From positions 149,232 to 213,231 of IMG/VR virus record IMGVR_UViG_3300033463_000010: a stretch of DNA of 64,000 nt; one strand, written 5' to 3'. Below are positions 36,818-46,750 of this stretch, in pieces. The notes below the pieces were generated by a model that was not told the DNA's origin, did no database searches, and was given only the letters and a program-made list of their open reading frames with translations. Within the stretch, counting starts at the first letter, position 1. Every line of letters begins with the position of its first letter. The stretch is from a virus (taxonomy: Duplodnaviria; Caudoviricetes). The position numbers and the translations under genes were made by a program.

Positions 36818-38500
36818 CTAGTATTCCATAACGAACACGGAACCCTTCAAGTATGTAAATGTTAATTTGGCTCTTGCCAATATACGCACCTGTTCATTAT
36901 TGAACGGGGAAGACGACGGACCTGCATTATGGGGCTGACCCATATTGTAGAAGATAGGCTTAATATGGTTATCATCCGACCTAGTTTCTTCACCCCAACG
37001 CCTCATATAAGTTCCGTTATTTCCCGAATAATTCACAAAATAAATATCGGGTCGGGCACCTAAAGAATCACAATCCAACGTAGGTGCGTTAATATGCTGT
37101 GACACAGGTGAAGCCTGCACACCGTATGCCTTTGATGGGGTCCCAATAGTATAAGAATCTGCACCTGGCAATTTAACGCAATACAGGTTGATTTCATAGA
37201 CAGTCCCTTCTACCAGGCTTCCAATGTCTATATATAACGTCTGTCGTGGATTGACATACCAATTAACGGGTGCTTCCTGTCCGCTATACCCGTCTTCATA
37301 GTTACTAATGGCATACCAAAAGAACCAATCCAGGGTAGATACCACACCTTTTTCAAAAGAAAATCCAGGATAACCGCTATACCAATCGGGACAAGCAGAC
37401 TCACCACCCGAAGCGTATCTTGACATATCCTGCTTTGGGGATAGAAACGCAGAAAAACCTGGCTTCACAATAGACAGGGTGTCTATGCTGTTAGAATCGC
37501 CAACAATATAGCGGTGAGTAGTAATTATGCCACGGGTGTCAAAGTCCACCAATGCAGCCCTGCCACCGCCACCACCGCCACCGACACCCGTATTTTCTTT
37601 TGTGATAGTGCCGTCTTTATGAATAATAATCTTCCTGCCCTCGGACGCATTGCTAAACGTTGTATCATAAGAACTACCGTGGTCCCTATGATATACCGAC
37701 GTAGATTGATGGTGTCTTACAAAAAGAGAAGCACGGGTGCCTAGACGATAGGATTCCGCAAACCTGTCAAACAAGCCGTATTGAACCGTGTCCGCTTCGT
37801 CTATACTATATCCCAAGTCGCCACTACAACCACCGCCCATCCAATCGGCTACGAACACGCCTGGTGATTGTGACTCCGTAAGCTCGTCGTCAAACCCATA
37901 ACCACTTAACTGCTCTTGAGTATAAATCTTTACGGCACCATTACGCTTCACAATAATTGGTCCCGTGGTTGAAGTCTTGTAAGAACCAATGCGAATAACT
38001 CCACTATACTGCACAGAGGACGTAATAGTGATAGGTGCCTTTGAAGTGCTATGAAAATTGATACCGCCCGAAACACCATTCACATTATAGGGGTATTGCG
38101 AATAAATGTCAGCAGCCCCGTCAGTTTTAGACGTAGTAAACTCACCGTTAGTAATAAAGTCGGTCAAGTCCACAATACCATTATTTGACGGGGTTATAAA
38201 CGTAGAGGCGAACTCCAACGCCACCGTATTAGGTATTTTTGCAGCAATAAACACGCTCACGGGTGCTTTTGCTAGGAACGAATAGGATGCAGGGTCAGTC
38301 CCATCACTATTACTTGCGATAAGTTTACCAACTTCCACAACTGTATAAGTAGGGTGCTGCTCCATATACTTGTCAAACATTTCCTGTGTAATGACAAAAT
38401 CGTAATGAATAGATTCAGCCAACCTGTTCGCATTGATAGGCTTAAAGATGTCGTTCGCCCGATAGTCTGTATGGATTTCCTGGTTCGGATTATTCTTCAT
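36818..38500 (-). CDS. putative tail fibre / receptor-binding structural protein
   Basis: Gly/Ser/Thr/Tyr-rich, lower GC, poly-Gly linker. Confidence 0.45.
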   Translation of the reverse strand: MKNNPNQEIHTDYRANDIFKPINANRLAESIHYDFVITQEMFDKYMEQHPTYTVVEVGKLIASNSDGTDPASYSFLAKAPVSVFIAAKIPNTVALEFASTFITPSNNGIVDLTDFITNGEFTTSKTDGAADIYSQYPYNVNGVSGGINFHSTSKAPITITSSVQYSGVIRIGSYKTSTTGPIIVKRNGAVKIYTQEQLSGYGFDDELTESQSPGVFVADWMGGGCSGDLGYSIDEADTVQYGLFDRFAESYRLGTRASLFVRHHQSTSVYHRDHGSSYDTTFSNASEGRKIIIHKDGTITKENTGVGGGGGGGRAALVDFDTRGIITTHRYIVGDSNSIDTLSIVKPGFSAFLSPKQDMSRYASGGESACPDWYSGYPGFSFEKGVVSTLDWFFWYAISNYEDGYSGQEAPVNWYVNPRQTLYIDIGSLVEGTVYEINLYCVKLPGADSYTIGTPSKAYGVQASPVSQHINAPTLDCDSLGARPDIYFVNYSGNNGTYMRRWGEETRSDDNHIKPIFYNMGQPHNAGPSSSPFNNEQVRILARAKLTFTYLKGSVFVMEY

Positions 38501-38538
38501 AAAGGCAACCTCTTTTCCTTAAAAATAACTTTTTATCC

Positions 38539-41454
38539 CTACAATGCTTCGGTCGCAGCGATAATTTTAGCCCTAAAATCGTAAACGGAGTTCACGAACT
38601 TTTCAATCTTGTCGGCATAGTCCTTGAAGATTTCAAATCGGAACGGGGAATACTGCCCGTTGTTTTCGGGCAACTGCCCAATGAACTGCGGGGTGGAAAT
38701 ATGGAACTCCGACAAGTCGTCCTGCAAGTTCTTCAAGCGTTCACCGTTATCACCGCAAAGACCCGCCAAATTGTAAGCTAAAAGATACAATTCGTGGATA
38801 ATATCCATAAGCGACCACTTTTCGGGGTCCACGTATTTAGCACACTTCGGAATAGGATTACGCATTGTGATATAGTGGTATTCGTCACCACTAGGGCTTA
38901 CAGCGTCCACAGACAGGAACGAACCCAGGCTAGGACTTCCCGACAACTTTGACACCGATATGCTTTCGCACGGGAACACATAGAACGTATAAGAGTCGTT
39001 TGACCCGTAGGACTTCGTTGTGCTTTCCAACGCTTCGTGAACAATCGCCATTTGCATAGAGCGGGTCTGCGACACGTAGCTAGAATGATAGAACAGGATA
39101 TGCCCAGGGTTGGCGATTTCGTAATACAGGCTTGAACCCGATTTGACCTTTGCGTATTTTGCGACAAATTCAAGGTAGGGCATTTCCTTGTAATGCCAGG
39201 ACTGCATAGAAAGTAAATCGCCATAGACACCGAAGCACGGGAACTTCGTTTCTCGCCCGTGGTCTATTGAATAGCCGATAATGTCAGCAAGTTCTTCGTT
39301 GACGCTAGTTGCCGATTCATTGAACGAACGGTAATAGGTCACGAACGTAGTAGGTGCCTGGGCTTCTTCGGCAGACGCAGGAACCTTGCCGTCGGGGAAG
39401 AAGATATTGCCCAGGTAAACAGATTCGTTCTTTACTAGAACTTTCGCAAGGTTTAGCTGTGCGGACTTGTGCTTGTAAAGGGATTCGGAAACGGGACCCA
39501 ATTCTTTCGGCTGTGCCGTGGCTGCGTCAAGGGCTGCGTATTGCTCCATAAGGATAGCGTCGTCGTTTACGTTATCGCCACCCTGGTAGCCGACGGTCAT
39601 AGGTTCACGGGTATCGTTCCCCTGGTCGTCCTTTGCAGGCGTGTCTTTTACGGGAGTAGCCACATTCAGCCCTGCCGTGACATTTGTCATATTCGCAATA
39701 ATGTAGCCCGCCACGCAGTTGAACTCTATGCTACGGTTTCGGACTTGATAATTCGTAGAATCATTAGACGGGAACATAACGAACCCGATACCGTCCGTAG
39801 TGTATGCGACGTTCACGCTGTCACCCTCGGCAACGGTCTGCCCGCCCGAAGACGTTTGTATGACCTGCCCGCTCTTTTTGTTCACCTTGTAAGCGACAAA
39901 CGGGACACCCAAATTACGGTTCCAATCGTCGTTTACACCGCTTACAGGGTTAAACGACGGAGCAGCCATATACACTTCGTCGTCGTTCAAGCTGCCGTCC
40001 TTACCGCTGATTACGTGGGCAGCTTCGTTGAACGCAGACATAATAGCGTCATACATTTTTTCATACGCATTGTCCGTGGGTTCAAGGACGTTGTTGTTTT
40101 CAAACTCAACGACCATTTGTCGCCATATAGCAGTCATTTGGTTTTCTACTATGTCAGCGAACCCGCTGTCAAGCCTCCACCTGTCGTAGTTCTTACCGCT
40201 AGGGTGGACATTGTTCACGTCCATTTGCAACAGCCAAAACTGCGTAATCGTGGACGGTTCAACACCGTAAGCCTGGAAGCCTTCCAGGATATAGTTGAGC
40301 AGCATATTGTAGGCGGTTTCGTAAAGCTGCTGCCATTGGTCCATAAGTGCCACGAACGTTTCCGTGAAAATCGGGGCAAAGATTTCGGACACGCTAGGCT
40401 TGTCACTATCACCGTCCGAAACTTCAACGTTCGTTCCGTTAAGCGACATTTTGTCGGTATCTAGCTGTGCGAACGTGTGACCCACACGCAACGGCTTTGC
40501 AGACCCCTCGCCATACGAACGCCTGGGGTAGAAAGCGTTAATCGCAGGTAGATATTCATTAGTGTAGGAACTGCCCCAATACTGCAAGGCACGTTCAAGC
40601 ATATACATTGTATTGGGCAGGTAATACGGGGTGCCGTCAAGATACCAGGTGTCGGGGTTTTGATAGTCAAACTTGCCGATATACGAAGCCTGCCTTACGA
40701 CCATTTTCGGGTCGGGAACAGGTAACGGGAGCGGTGTAAATCCCCGTCCTGGCGGGTTGTTATTAAGGTCTATTTGGTGGACGGTCCCGTTGCTCTTTGA
40801 CGGGATTGGCAGCTTATACCAATACGCACAGGTGACGTTCGGAACAATGCTGTCAAGCAGCGGGAGCGGTGTAATCTTGAAATACAGGGCACCCCAATAC
40901 TGCTGTATCATTCCCAGGTAGGATTCCAGGCAAAGCAGCCCGTCGGTCATAGAAATAAGGGCTAGGATTGTCTGCTTAATGGTAGCCTTTACGCCCGAAA
41001 GCAAATCGCCCGCAAGACTGCCTGTCTGCGTGGCAAGAATGCCCATAGCGTCGTAAAGTGCCCAATAGTTAGCTTCGCCCATATAGCGACGCAGGATAGG
41101 CGTGTCCTGGACGATTTCCCAGGCTTCCTTTGCGAAATCCAGGGTGAACGTCCCCGTGAAATCTGCACCCAGGTCGTTAATTTTCCCAAGCAGTTCCGCA
41201 TACATTTCTTCAATCTGCTTCAAGCGGTCCAACCAATCGTTCAACCACTTGTCAATCTGCTTCAATGAAGACTTCTTACCCTTAATGAGCGGACCCATTA
41301 GCATATGGAGCGTGTCATACGCATTACGGGCACCCAGGACGGCTGCGGAAACATACGGGTTGTTGTCCTCGGCTGCAATAGCTACGTTGTCGTCCATTAT
41401 GCTGTCGGACGGCTTTTCCTTGAACAACGAACCGATTTTGGAAAAAAGGTTCAT
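38539..41454 (-). CDS. large putative virion structural protein
   Basis: 971-aa ORF, no recognised motif. Confidence 0.5.
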   Translation of the reverse strand: MNLFSKIGSLFKEKPSDSIMDDNVAIAAEDNNPYVSAAVLGARNAYDTLHMLMGPLIKGKKSSLKQIDKWLNDWLDRLKQIEEMYAELLGKINDLGADFTGTFTLDFAKEAWEIVQDTPILRRYMGEANYWALYDAMGILATQTGSLAGDLLSGVKATIKQTILALISMTDGLLCLESYLGMIQQYWGALYFKITPLPLLDSIVPNVTCAYWYKLPIPSKSNGTVHQIDLNNNPPGRGFTPLPLPVPDPKMVVRQASYIGKFDYQNPDTWYLDGTPYYLPNTMYMLERALQYWGSSYTNEYLPAINAFYPRRSYGEGSAKPLRVGHTFAQLDTDKMSLNGTNVEVSDGDSDKPSVSEIFAPIFTETFVALMDQWQQLYETAYNMLLNYILEGFQAYGVEPSTITQFWLLQMDVNNVHPSGKNYDRWRLDSGFADIVENQMTAIWRQMVVEFENNNVLEPTDNAYEKMYDAIMSAFNEAAHVISGKDGSLNDDEVYMAAPSFNPVSGVNDDWNRNLGVPFVAYKVNKKSGQVIQTSSGGQTVAEGDSVNVAYTTDGIGFVMFPSNDSTNYQVRNRSIEFNCVAGYIIANMTNVTAGLNVATPVKDTPAKDDQGNDTREPMTVGYQGGDNVNDDAILMEQYAALDAATAQPKELGPVSESLYKHKSAQLNLAKVLVKNESVYLGNIFFPDGKVPASAEEAQAPTTFVTYYRSFNESATSVNEELADIIGYSIDHGRETKFPCFGVYGDLLSMQSWHYKEMPYLEFVAKYAKVKSGSSLYYEIANPGHILFYHSSYVSQTRSMQMAIVHEALESTTKSYGSNDSYTFYVFPCESISVSKLSGSPSLGSFLSVDAVSPSGDEYHYITMRNPIPKCAKYVDPEKWSLMDIIHELYLLAYNLAGLCGDNGERLKNLQDDLSEFHISTPQFIGQLPENNGQYSPFRFEIFKDYADKIEKFVNSVYDFRAKIIAATEAL

Positions 41455-41457
41455 AGG

Positions 41458-41895
41458 CTATTTCTTCTTGTTGTCGGGAAGTGCAGGGGCGTTCATATTG
41501 ACACGGTTCAAGATGCCCTTTGCCATAAGGTAGTTAATGTAGGCGAGCAGGTGCTTGCACGGAGCAGCTACCTGCTTCGGGTTATTGATTTTCTTGTTGA
41601 CGTGACCCGTTCCAGGATAGGTGGACCCGATTTTTGCAAGCGGGTCCTGGACGTAGTATTGGAACGCAGGACAAGAGCAGATAATGTAAGACACGGGGCT
41701 TTGGAAATTGACCTTGCCCGTTTCGTCCTTCTGCAATTCCACTTCCATAGTGTATAAGCCGTTGGACCCCGTGGCGGTCCCTTTAAGCAGGACGTAATGA
41801 CCGTTATGCTTTGCGGAACTGTGACGGACCTTTGGCGTTACCTTTGGGGAAAACACCTTTGAATAGTTGTCGGCTAGATTTTTGAGCGTAACCAT
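41458..41895 (-). CDS. SWIM zinc-finger protein
   Basis: CSCPAF...PCKHL. Confidence 0.75.
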   Translation of the reverse strand: MVTLKNLADNYSKVFSPKVTPKVRHSSAKHNGHYVLLKGTATGSNGLYTMEVELQKDETGKVNFQSPVSYIICSCPAFQYYVQDPLAKIGSTYPGTGHVNKKINNPKQVAAPCKHLLAYINYLMAKGILNRVNMNAPALPDNKKK

Positions 41896-41913
41896 TTTGC
41901 ATACCTCGGTAAT

Positions 41914-42747
41914 TTAAGCGGACTGCACCCAACCGCTATCGGTGTAGTAAAAACCGTTCTTTGACACGGTGTAGGACATTACGGTAGCGTCCTGGGTATG
42001 AGCCACGATAGGGGCATCCGTGGACGGTTTACTGTAAAAGAAACTGTCGGCTGCGACGTTCACGGTCCCCCCTTCGGGCATAGGACTAGGCGACGGCACG
42101 GGGGTATCTTCTTCAATTTCATTCAAGAGCATAGCGACGTTGCTCTTGAACGTTTCAAAACCCGCTTCGGCACCAGGGGCGTTGCACCACATCGCAGGAC
42201 ATAGCTTACCCGTGATTTGGTTGTGCATAATGATATTGCTTACCTTGATACCAAATTCGTCGCAAAGCCACGCAGTAAGCTGCACGGCTTTCATATAGGT
42301 TTCGTCGTTGAAATACCACCCGTCGTCCATAGGGTCACAGCATTTACGCCCCGTCTTGCAGGAACAGATTTCCACGTTAATGGTGTTAGCGTGACCCGCC
42401 ACACCTGCGTGGCTCATAGAGAGCGGACCCTTGTAGGTTGAGGGACCCCAACCAGGGACTTCACAGGCGTTCTTTTTACCCACACGGGACCCACAGCTAT
42501 ACGTGCAGAAATGGGTCTTCGGGTTCACCATTTCCCAAATAGCAGATTTACCCACAAGATAGTGAGCGTTTGAGCCACGCTCCGCATACGACTTGTAGGC
42601 TGCGAGCATACCCGCAGGACCGTCGCTGTTACTTGAAAAACCCGAAGTGAAATGAATGACAATATAGGCGGGAGCATTCCTGCCCCACCTTGTAATGTTA
42701 GCCCATAGCTTGTGGGCAGACGATATGGACGGTTTACTTACAGCCAT
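41914..42747 (-). CDS. N-acetylmuramoyl-L-alanine amidase (endolysin) with C-terminal SH3-like domain
   Basis: IVIHFT, NAHY, INVEIC, HNQITGKLCP. Confidence 0.85.
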   Translation of the reverse strand: MAVSKPSISSAHKLWANITRWGRNAPAYIVIHFTSGFSSNSDGPAGMLAAYKSYAERGSNAHYLVGKSAIWEMVNPKTHFCTYSCGSRVGKKNACEVPGWGPSTYKGPLSMSHAGVAGHANTINVEICSCKTGRKCCDPMDDGWYFNDETYMKAVQLTAWLCDEFGIKVSNIIMHNQITGKLCPAMWCNAPGAEAGFETFKSNVAMLLNEIEEDTPVPSPSPMPEGGTVNVAADSFFYSKPSTDAPIVAHTQDATVMSYTVSKNGFYYTDSGWVQSA

Positions 42748-42775
42748 ACCTTAAATATACATTATTTGTAGAAAA

Positions 42776-43186
42776 CTAGGTGCTTTCCGTGTCTTTCAAA
42801 AAGTCGTCAATCCAACCCTTTTGGGCATTTTCCCACAGGGTCATAGCGAATTGAGAAGCCAGGTCGTTATACAATATGGATTTAACCATACAGGTCATAG
42901 CCCCTGGGGACATATTCCCAATGGCTCCCGCAGTAAGGGCACCCATCAGTTTATGGGCTACATTTTCAGCCATAAAGTAGCCCACGATTACGGGAACCAG
43001 GTTCCCGTCTTCCCTGCGGGTTTCTACAAGTTCATTGAAGCAGTCGGACAGGTCGTGGGTCTTTTCTGCCAGGGACTTGATTACGGGTGTCAACGTAAGT
43101 TCTTTCAAAGTCTTGTCATTTAGCAAGGATTCTTTGAGTTGGTCGTAAGCTGCTTTCCAATTTTCTTTAAGTTCTTCGTCAATCAT
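42776..43186 (-). CDS. hypothetical protein
   Basis: ORF tiling. Confidence 0.6.
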   Translation of the reverse strand: MIDEELKENWKAAYDQLKESLLNDKTLKELTLTPVIKSLAEKTHDLSDCFNELVETRREDGNLVPVIVGYFMAENVAHKLMGALTAGAIGNMSPGAMTCMVKSILYNDLASQFAMTLWENAQKGWIDDFLKDTEST

Positions 43187-43941
43187 AGAGTAACCGCCTT
43201 TGGCTTGTCCTGCCAAAATTTGTCAATTATTCCCAACTTCGCATACCGCTTGATAGCCTGTTCCGCAGACGTAATGTTGCTGTAATGCGTCGGCACGTCC
43301 AATAGAAGCTGTTGCAGCGTGTAGTCGGGGTGCTTCTGTGCTTCAAGTTTAAGTGCATCTATGGTTCGGGTGAACGTCGTAGAACGCTTACCAATCTTGC
43401 TTCCCGCAGGTGCCTGGTTCTCACCTATACGCTCAAAACAATCCTTCCAATAATCCAGGTCGGCAGGGAACAGGTAAATCCCGCTGTTAGCCCCAACGTA
43501 AACGTCCTTTTCAAACGGGTCGTAGCCCCTGGCAAAACGGGCATACTGTTCGTCAACGACAATAAGCCCCAACCCCAATTCTTCCAGGATTACCTTCTTC
43601 GGGGAGTAATACCAATCTTTCAAGACGCTAACGGGGACAGCGATATAGGAAGCCGTGGCTACGTTACGCCAACGGCTCGCCTGGGCGAACACCTTGTAAT
43701 TCAGTTCCGTCTTCGCTTCAATCGTGAAGACCCGCTCCCCGTTCTCATAGACCAAATCGCAGGACACCCCCGAAATACCCACTTCTTCGTGAAGCGTGTA
43801 GTTCGGGAACAGGTTTGACTTCTTCAAGATTTCACAAAGTCCAACTTCGCTAAAAGTCTTTTTCAATTTGCAACTCCGTTCGTTATGCTTAAAGCTGTCA
43901 AACGCTTCCTTAAATTCGGCTATGGGCATCATCATTGACAT
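43183..43941 (-). CDS. PD-(D/E)XK nuclease-like (MmcB-related) protein
   Basis: CDLV...IEAK...QA..W...SYIAVP...LGLGL. Confidence 0.7.
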   Translation of the reverse strand: MSMMMPIAEFKEAFDSFKHNERSCKLKKTFSEVGLCEILKKSNLFPNYTLHEEVGISGVSCDLVYENGERVFTIEAKTELNYKVFAQASRWRNVATASYIAVPVSVLKDWYYSPKKVILEELGLGLIVVDEQYARFARGYDPFEKDVYVGANSGIYLFPADLDYWKDCFERIGENQAPAGSKIGKRSTTFTRTIDALKLEAQKHPDYTLQQLLLDVPTHYSNITSAEQAIKRYAKLGIIDKFWQDKPKAVTL

Positions 43942-44237
43942 TTGACGACCTTTGCTGTCTTGCCCGCCAACAGTGCGTCAAAGATAGGGAATACGTCGTT
44001 TGCACACAGACCGCCCAGGTGCTTCATTTGGCTTTTCAAGCAGCGGATAATCGTGTCTTTGCCCTCATCGCAGACAAGGTAAATGTTCTTTGCGTAGTAT
44101 TCACCGTTCTTAACGCCCACTTCAAAAATGCGGGTGTTCATTTGGGTGCGTTCCAGGAAATCCACCAACCGTGGGAACGAAAGCCCCTGGCACATTCCGC
44201 ATTCATTCATACATTCCAAAAAGCCTTCAAAGTTCAT
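43932..44237 (-). CDS. hypothetical protein
   Basis: ORF tiling. Confidence 0.55.
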   Translation of the reverse strand: MNFEGFLECMNECGMCQGLSFPRLVDFLERTQMNTRIFEVGVKNGEYYAKNIYLVCDEGKDTIIRCLKSQMKHLGGLCANDVFPIFDALLAGKTAKVVKCQ

Positions 44238-44577
44238 AGTTTTTACATTCCTTTTCCCATTCTTCTTCGCTGCGTTTAATCCACCCATAGAACTCTTTGT
44301 CCCACAGCACTTTCATAGCTAAACGCCAGGGGTGCGTAATGAGCGACAAAGTTCTGTAAGCGATATACACCAGGCGGTCTTTCCAAAATTCGGGTTCCCA
44401 CGACGACAAGGCGTATGTAGAAATATCCCAATCCGTCGGGTCCGACGTTCTGCAATACGGGCAGTAGAACGGACCCTCTTCGTCGCCCAGGACAAATTCG
44501 CTAGAACCCGTCCACAGGCACTTTCGGCAACGGACGGGGTAGTAGCTTTTCCAATGGTGCTTTTGGACTAGCTTCAT
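44227..44577 (-). CDS. Zn-ribbon hypothetical protein
   Basis: CRKC..CPYC. Confidence 0.6.
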   Translation of the reverse strand: MKLVQKHHWKSYYPVRCRKCLWTGSSEFVLGDEEGPFYCPYCRTSDPTDWDISTYALSSWEPEFWKDRLVYIAYRTLSLITHPWRLAMKVLWDKEFYGWIKRSEEEWEKECKNYEL

Positions 44578-44855
44578 TTCTTGCCCTTGAATTTCTTCGT
44601 CTTTGATTCGGTCGGGGCAGCGACGGGGACAGCTTGAAATTCCTTACGCATAAATTCCGTCACACGGGCGTAAGCCTTGTCGTTGCTTTCCTGCGGGAAG
44701 CCCCGATATTCGGTTCGGGCGGGATAGACCGTGGTCGTGCCGTCGTCTTCTTCACAGAGGACGATAGCCCAACCGAAAATATGCAAAAATGAGTTCACGA
44801 AATGGAACAAGCCCGTTTCACGAAATTCCGACCAACTTTTCTTTTCGTAAGCCAT
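44574..44855 (-). CDS. conserved-type phage hypothetical protein
   Basis: WSEFRETGL..VN..LH.FGWAI...YPAR...RGF. Confidence 0.7.
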   Translation of the reverse strand: MAYEKKSWSEFRETGLFHFVNSFLHIFGWAIVLCEEDDGTTTVYPARTEYRGFPQESNDKAYARVTEFMRKEFQAVPVAAPTESKTKKFKGKK

Positions 44856-45418
44856 TACTTACCTTCCTTTTGTTCAACATACTGTTTAAGTGCTGCCAGG
44901 GCTGCACCGTCACCGTTGTCACGGTCATACAGGCGTGGGTCAAACGATTCTGCGTCCTGGGGCAACTTCACCTTGATTACACGACCCTTGACGTAATCGG
45001 CATAGTCGTAGCCGTCAAGCAGTCCGTGTGCTTCTTCCAGGGCGAGCGGTCCTGGCGTGTAATGCAGCAACCCCATTCCAAGCGGGTGTGAGCAGTTGTA
45101 GAGGGCACACAGGACCTCGTAGCGGTCAAGCCCCATATCCTTAAAGTTAATAAGTCCCATAGCGGTTTCCTTACGTTTCTGTTGTTCTTTCATACGATAT
45201 TCAAAGGGGTAGATAGCCTTGCAGACGACCTCGTTTTCAAAGTTCTTCTGCCAATAGCGTTCCTTGAAAAACCATTTCTTTCGGACGGCACAGCGGGCAG
45301 CGGAGCAATACATAGCTTCGTGTGATAGCCACAAGTTGTCTTTCAAGCGGTCGTTGCACCACTTAACGAAATCCTTGTAGGAAATATGCAGGTTGCTGTC
45401 AAGCACGTATTTATACAT
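44855..45418 (-). CDS. fusion of two hypothetical modules (internal start 45160)
   Basis: GGAGG RBS at 45418; C-terminal LYDRDNG.GAA module with own AAGGAA RBS. Confidence 0.65.
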   Translation of the reverse strand: MYKYVLDSNLHISYKDFVKWCNDRLKDNLWLSHEAMYCSAARCAVRKKWFFKERYWQKNFENEVVCKAIYPFEYRMKEQQKRKETAMGLINFKDMGLDRYEVLCALYNCSHPLGMGLLHYTPGPLALEEAHGLLDGYDYADYVKGRVIKVKLPQDAESFDPRLYDRDNGDGAALAALKQYVEQKEGK

Positions 45419-46085
45419 TCTTGTCCTCCACGTTAATAGGCGGTAGCTCCATAGACTTTTCGTCCATAAGGCACTTGACCCCGTAATCCCCAAGACGGAG
45501 TTCGGCATAGGCGTTCACTTCGGCTTTAGCCCTGGCTACGATTTTAGCCATATCCTCACGGAACCTGTCGTGGGCATACCGAATGTTTGCAGGTGTATTT
45601 TCACGGAAGCACTGCATACTATGGAGCAATTCTTTCATTTGCGTTCTACCCATAGGCTTGCCCGATTCAAGTGCCTGCTCAATTTCGGCTTCAAATCGCT
45701 TAATGCCGTCACGGAAATCGTTGAATTTCTCGTCAATGTGCTGCCCATATTCGTAGGCGAGGTTTTCCATTTCAACGGGGGACGTGGGTTTACCGTGAAT
45801 GCGGGTAATAGTGCAGGGCACTCCACTATCTACGTGACCCGCAGTGAGAAATTCTGCCCATTGGATAGGGGTCATTTCCACTTCAACAATAGCAGGGTTC
45901 TTTCCGTGGACGTGTCTATCGGTCGGGGTGCCACCCCAATTTGTCACAGATGCTTGACTAATGCGAATATACACGGGGGAGTCAGTCTTGATTTCGGAGC
46001 CGAACATAGGCTGCGGGGCACCGCATTGAAGTCGCCCCCAGGTAATAACTCCCATATAGTCCTTTTCATAGGTCTTGTCGTTCAT
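45411..46085 (-). CDS. hypothetical protein
   Basis: AACCGAGGA RBS; EVEMT..QWAE...GVPCTI. Confidence 0.7.
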   Translation of the reverse strand: MNDKTYEKDYMGVITWGRLQCGAPQPMFGSEIKTDSPVYIRISQASVTNWGGTPTDRHVHGKNPAIVEVEMTPIQWAEFLTAGHVDSGVPCTITRIHGKPTSPVEMENLAYEYGQHIDEKFNDFRDGIKRFEAEIEQALESGKPMGRTQMKELLHSMQCFRENTPANIRYAHDRFREDMAKIVARAKAEVNAYAELRLGDYGVKCLMDEKSMELPPINVEDKNV

Positions 46086-46099
46086 AGGTGTTCCTCGGT

Positions 46100-46387
46100 T
46101 TAGCGTTCAAACATTTTGTTCCAGGCAGGGTGCATTTCATACTTCGCCTTGAACTGCGATTTGGTAAGGTTCGGAACATTCAACCAATAGGTGCAGTTCC
46201 GTTCGTGCAAATACTTCGGAATGAAATCATATCCCCCGCTAGGGGAAATGGTCTTCACGTCAAAAAACTTCGTCTTATTGTGACGAACAGCAAGGAAGGG
46301 TTCCCCCAAATCGGAGAGAACCACAATTTCCTTATGGGCGGGAGCCGTTTCAATCGGCTCCCAAACTTTCTTGCGGGATTTAGCCAT
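46100..46387 (-). CDS. DUF551-like protein
   Basis: WEPIETAP...TYW. Confidence 0.55.
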   Translation of the reverse strand: MAKSRKKVWEPIETAPAHKEIVVLSDLGEPFLAVRHNKTKFFDVKTISPSGGYDFIPKYLHERNCTYWLNVPNLTKSQFKAKYEMHPAWNKMFER

Positions 46388-46652
46388 TAGTAACCCCCAT
46401 TTGCTTATACAGGTAGGAATAAATCGTTTCTTCAACAGCAAAATGGTCGCCCAAGATACGGGTAGCAACACACTTCTTACCCGACGTAGTTTCATAAACA
46501 GAAACGTAGTAGAGGCAAGAAATACCGCCCTTGCCCTTTTTTGTCGTGAACGTCCTGCCGTCAATCGTGAACTCAAAAATTCCGTTGGCATCGTCACGGG
46601 TCGTCATAACGATATTCTTGTGGAACCAATCGTTAAATTCGTTTCTATTCAT
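46380..46652 (-). CDS. early hypothetical protein
   Basis: follows early promoter copy 5. Confidence 0.7.
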   Translation of the reverse strand: MNRNEFNDWFHKNIVMTTRDDANGIFEFTIDGRTFTTKKGKGGISCLYYVSVYETTSGKKCVATRILGDHFAVEETIYSYLYKQMGVTNG

Positions 46653-46735
46653 TATGCTATCCTCGGTTGAAGTGGTTGTCTTCTCTTTACGTCTATAATA
46701 TAACAAATTACCTGCTGTTTGTCAACAGGTAATTT
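46653..46735 (-). promoter_or_regulatory. early promoter (copy 5)
   Basis: TTGACA-17-TATATT; AAATTACCTG/CAGGTAATTT inverted repeat. Confidence 0.85.
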
Positions 46736-46750
46736 AAAAATTTTTTAAAA

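Noticed and set aside
43183-43941. Cognate restriction endonuclease for the MTases
   Set aside because: It is not adjacent to any MTase and looks MmcB-like; the MTases appear to be orphans.
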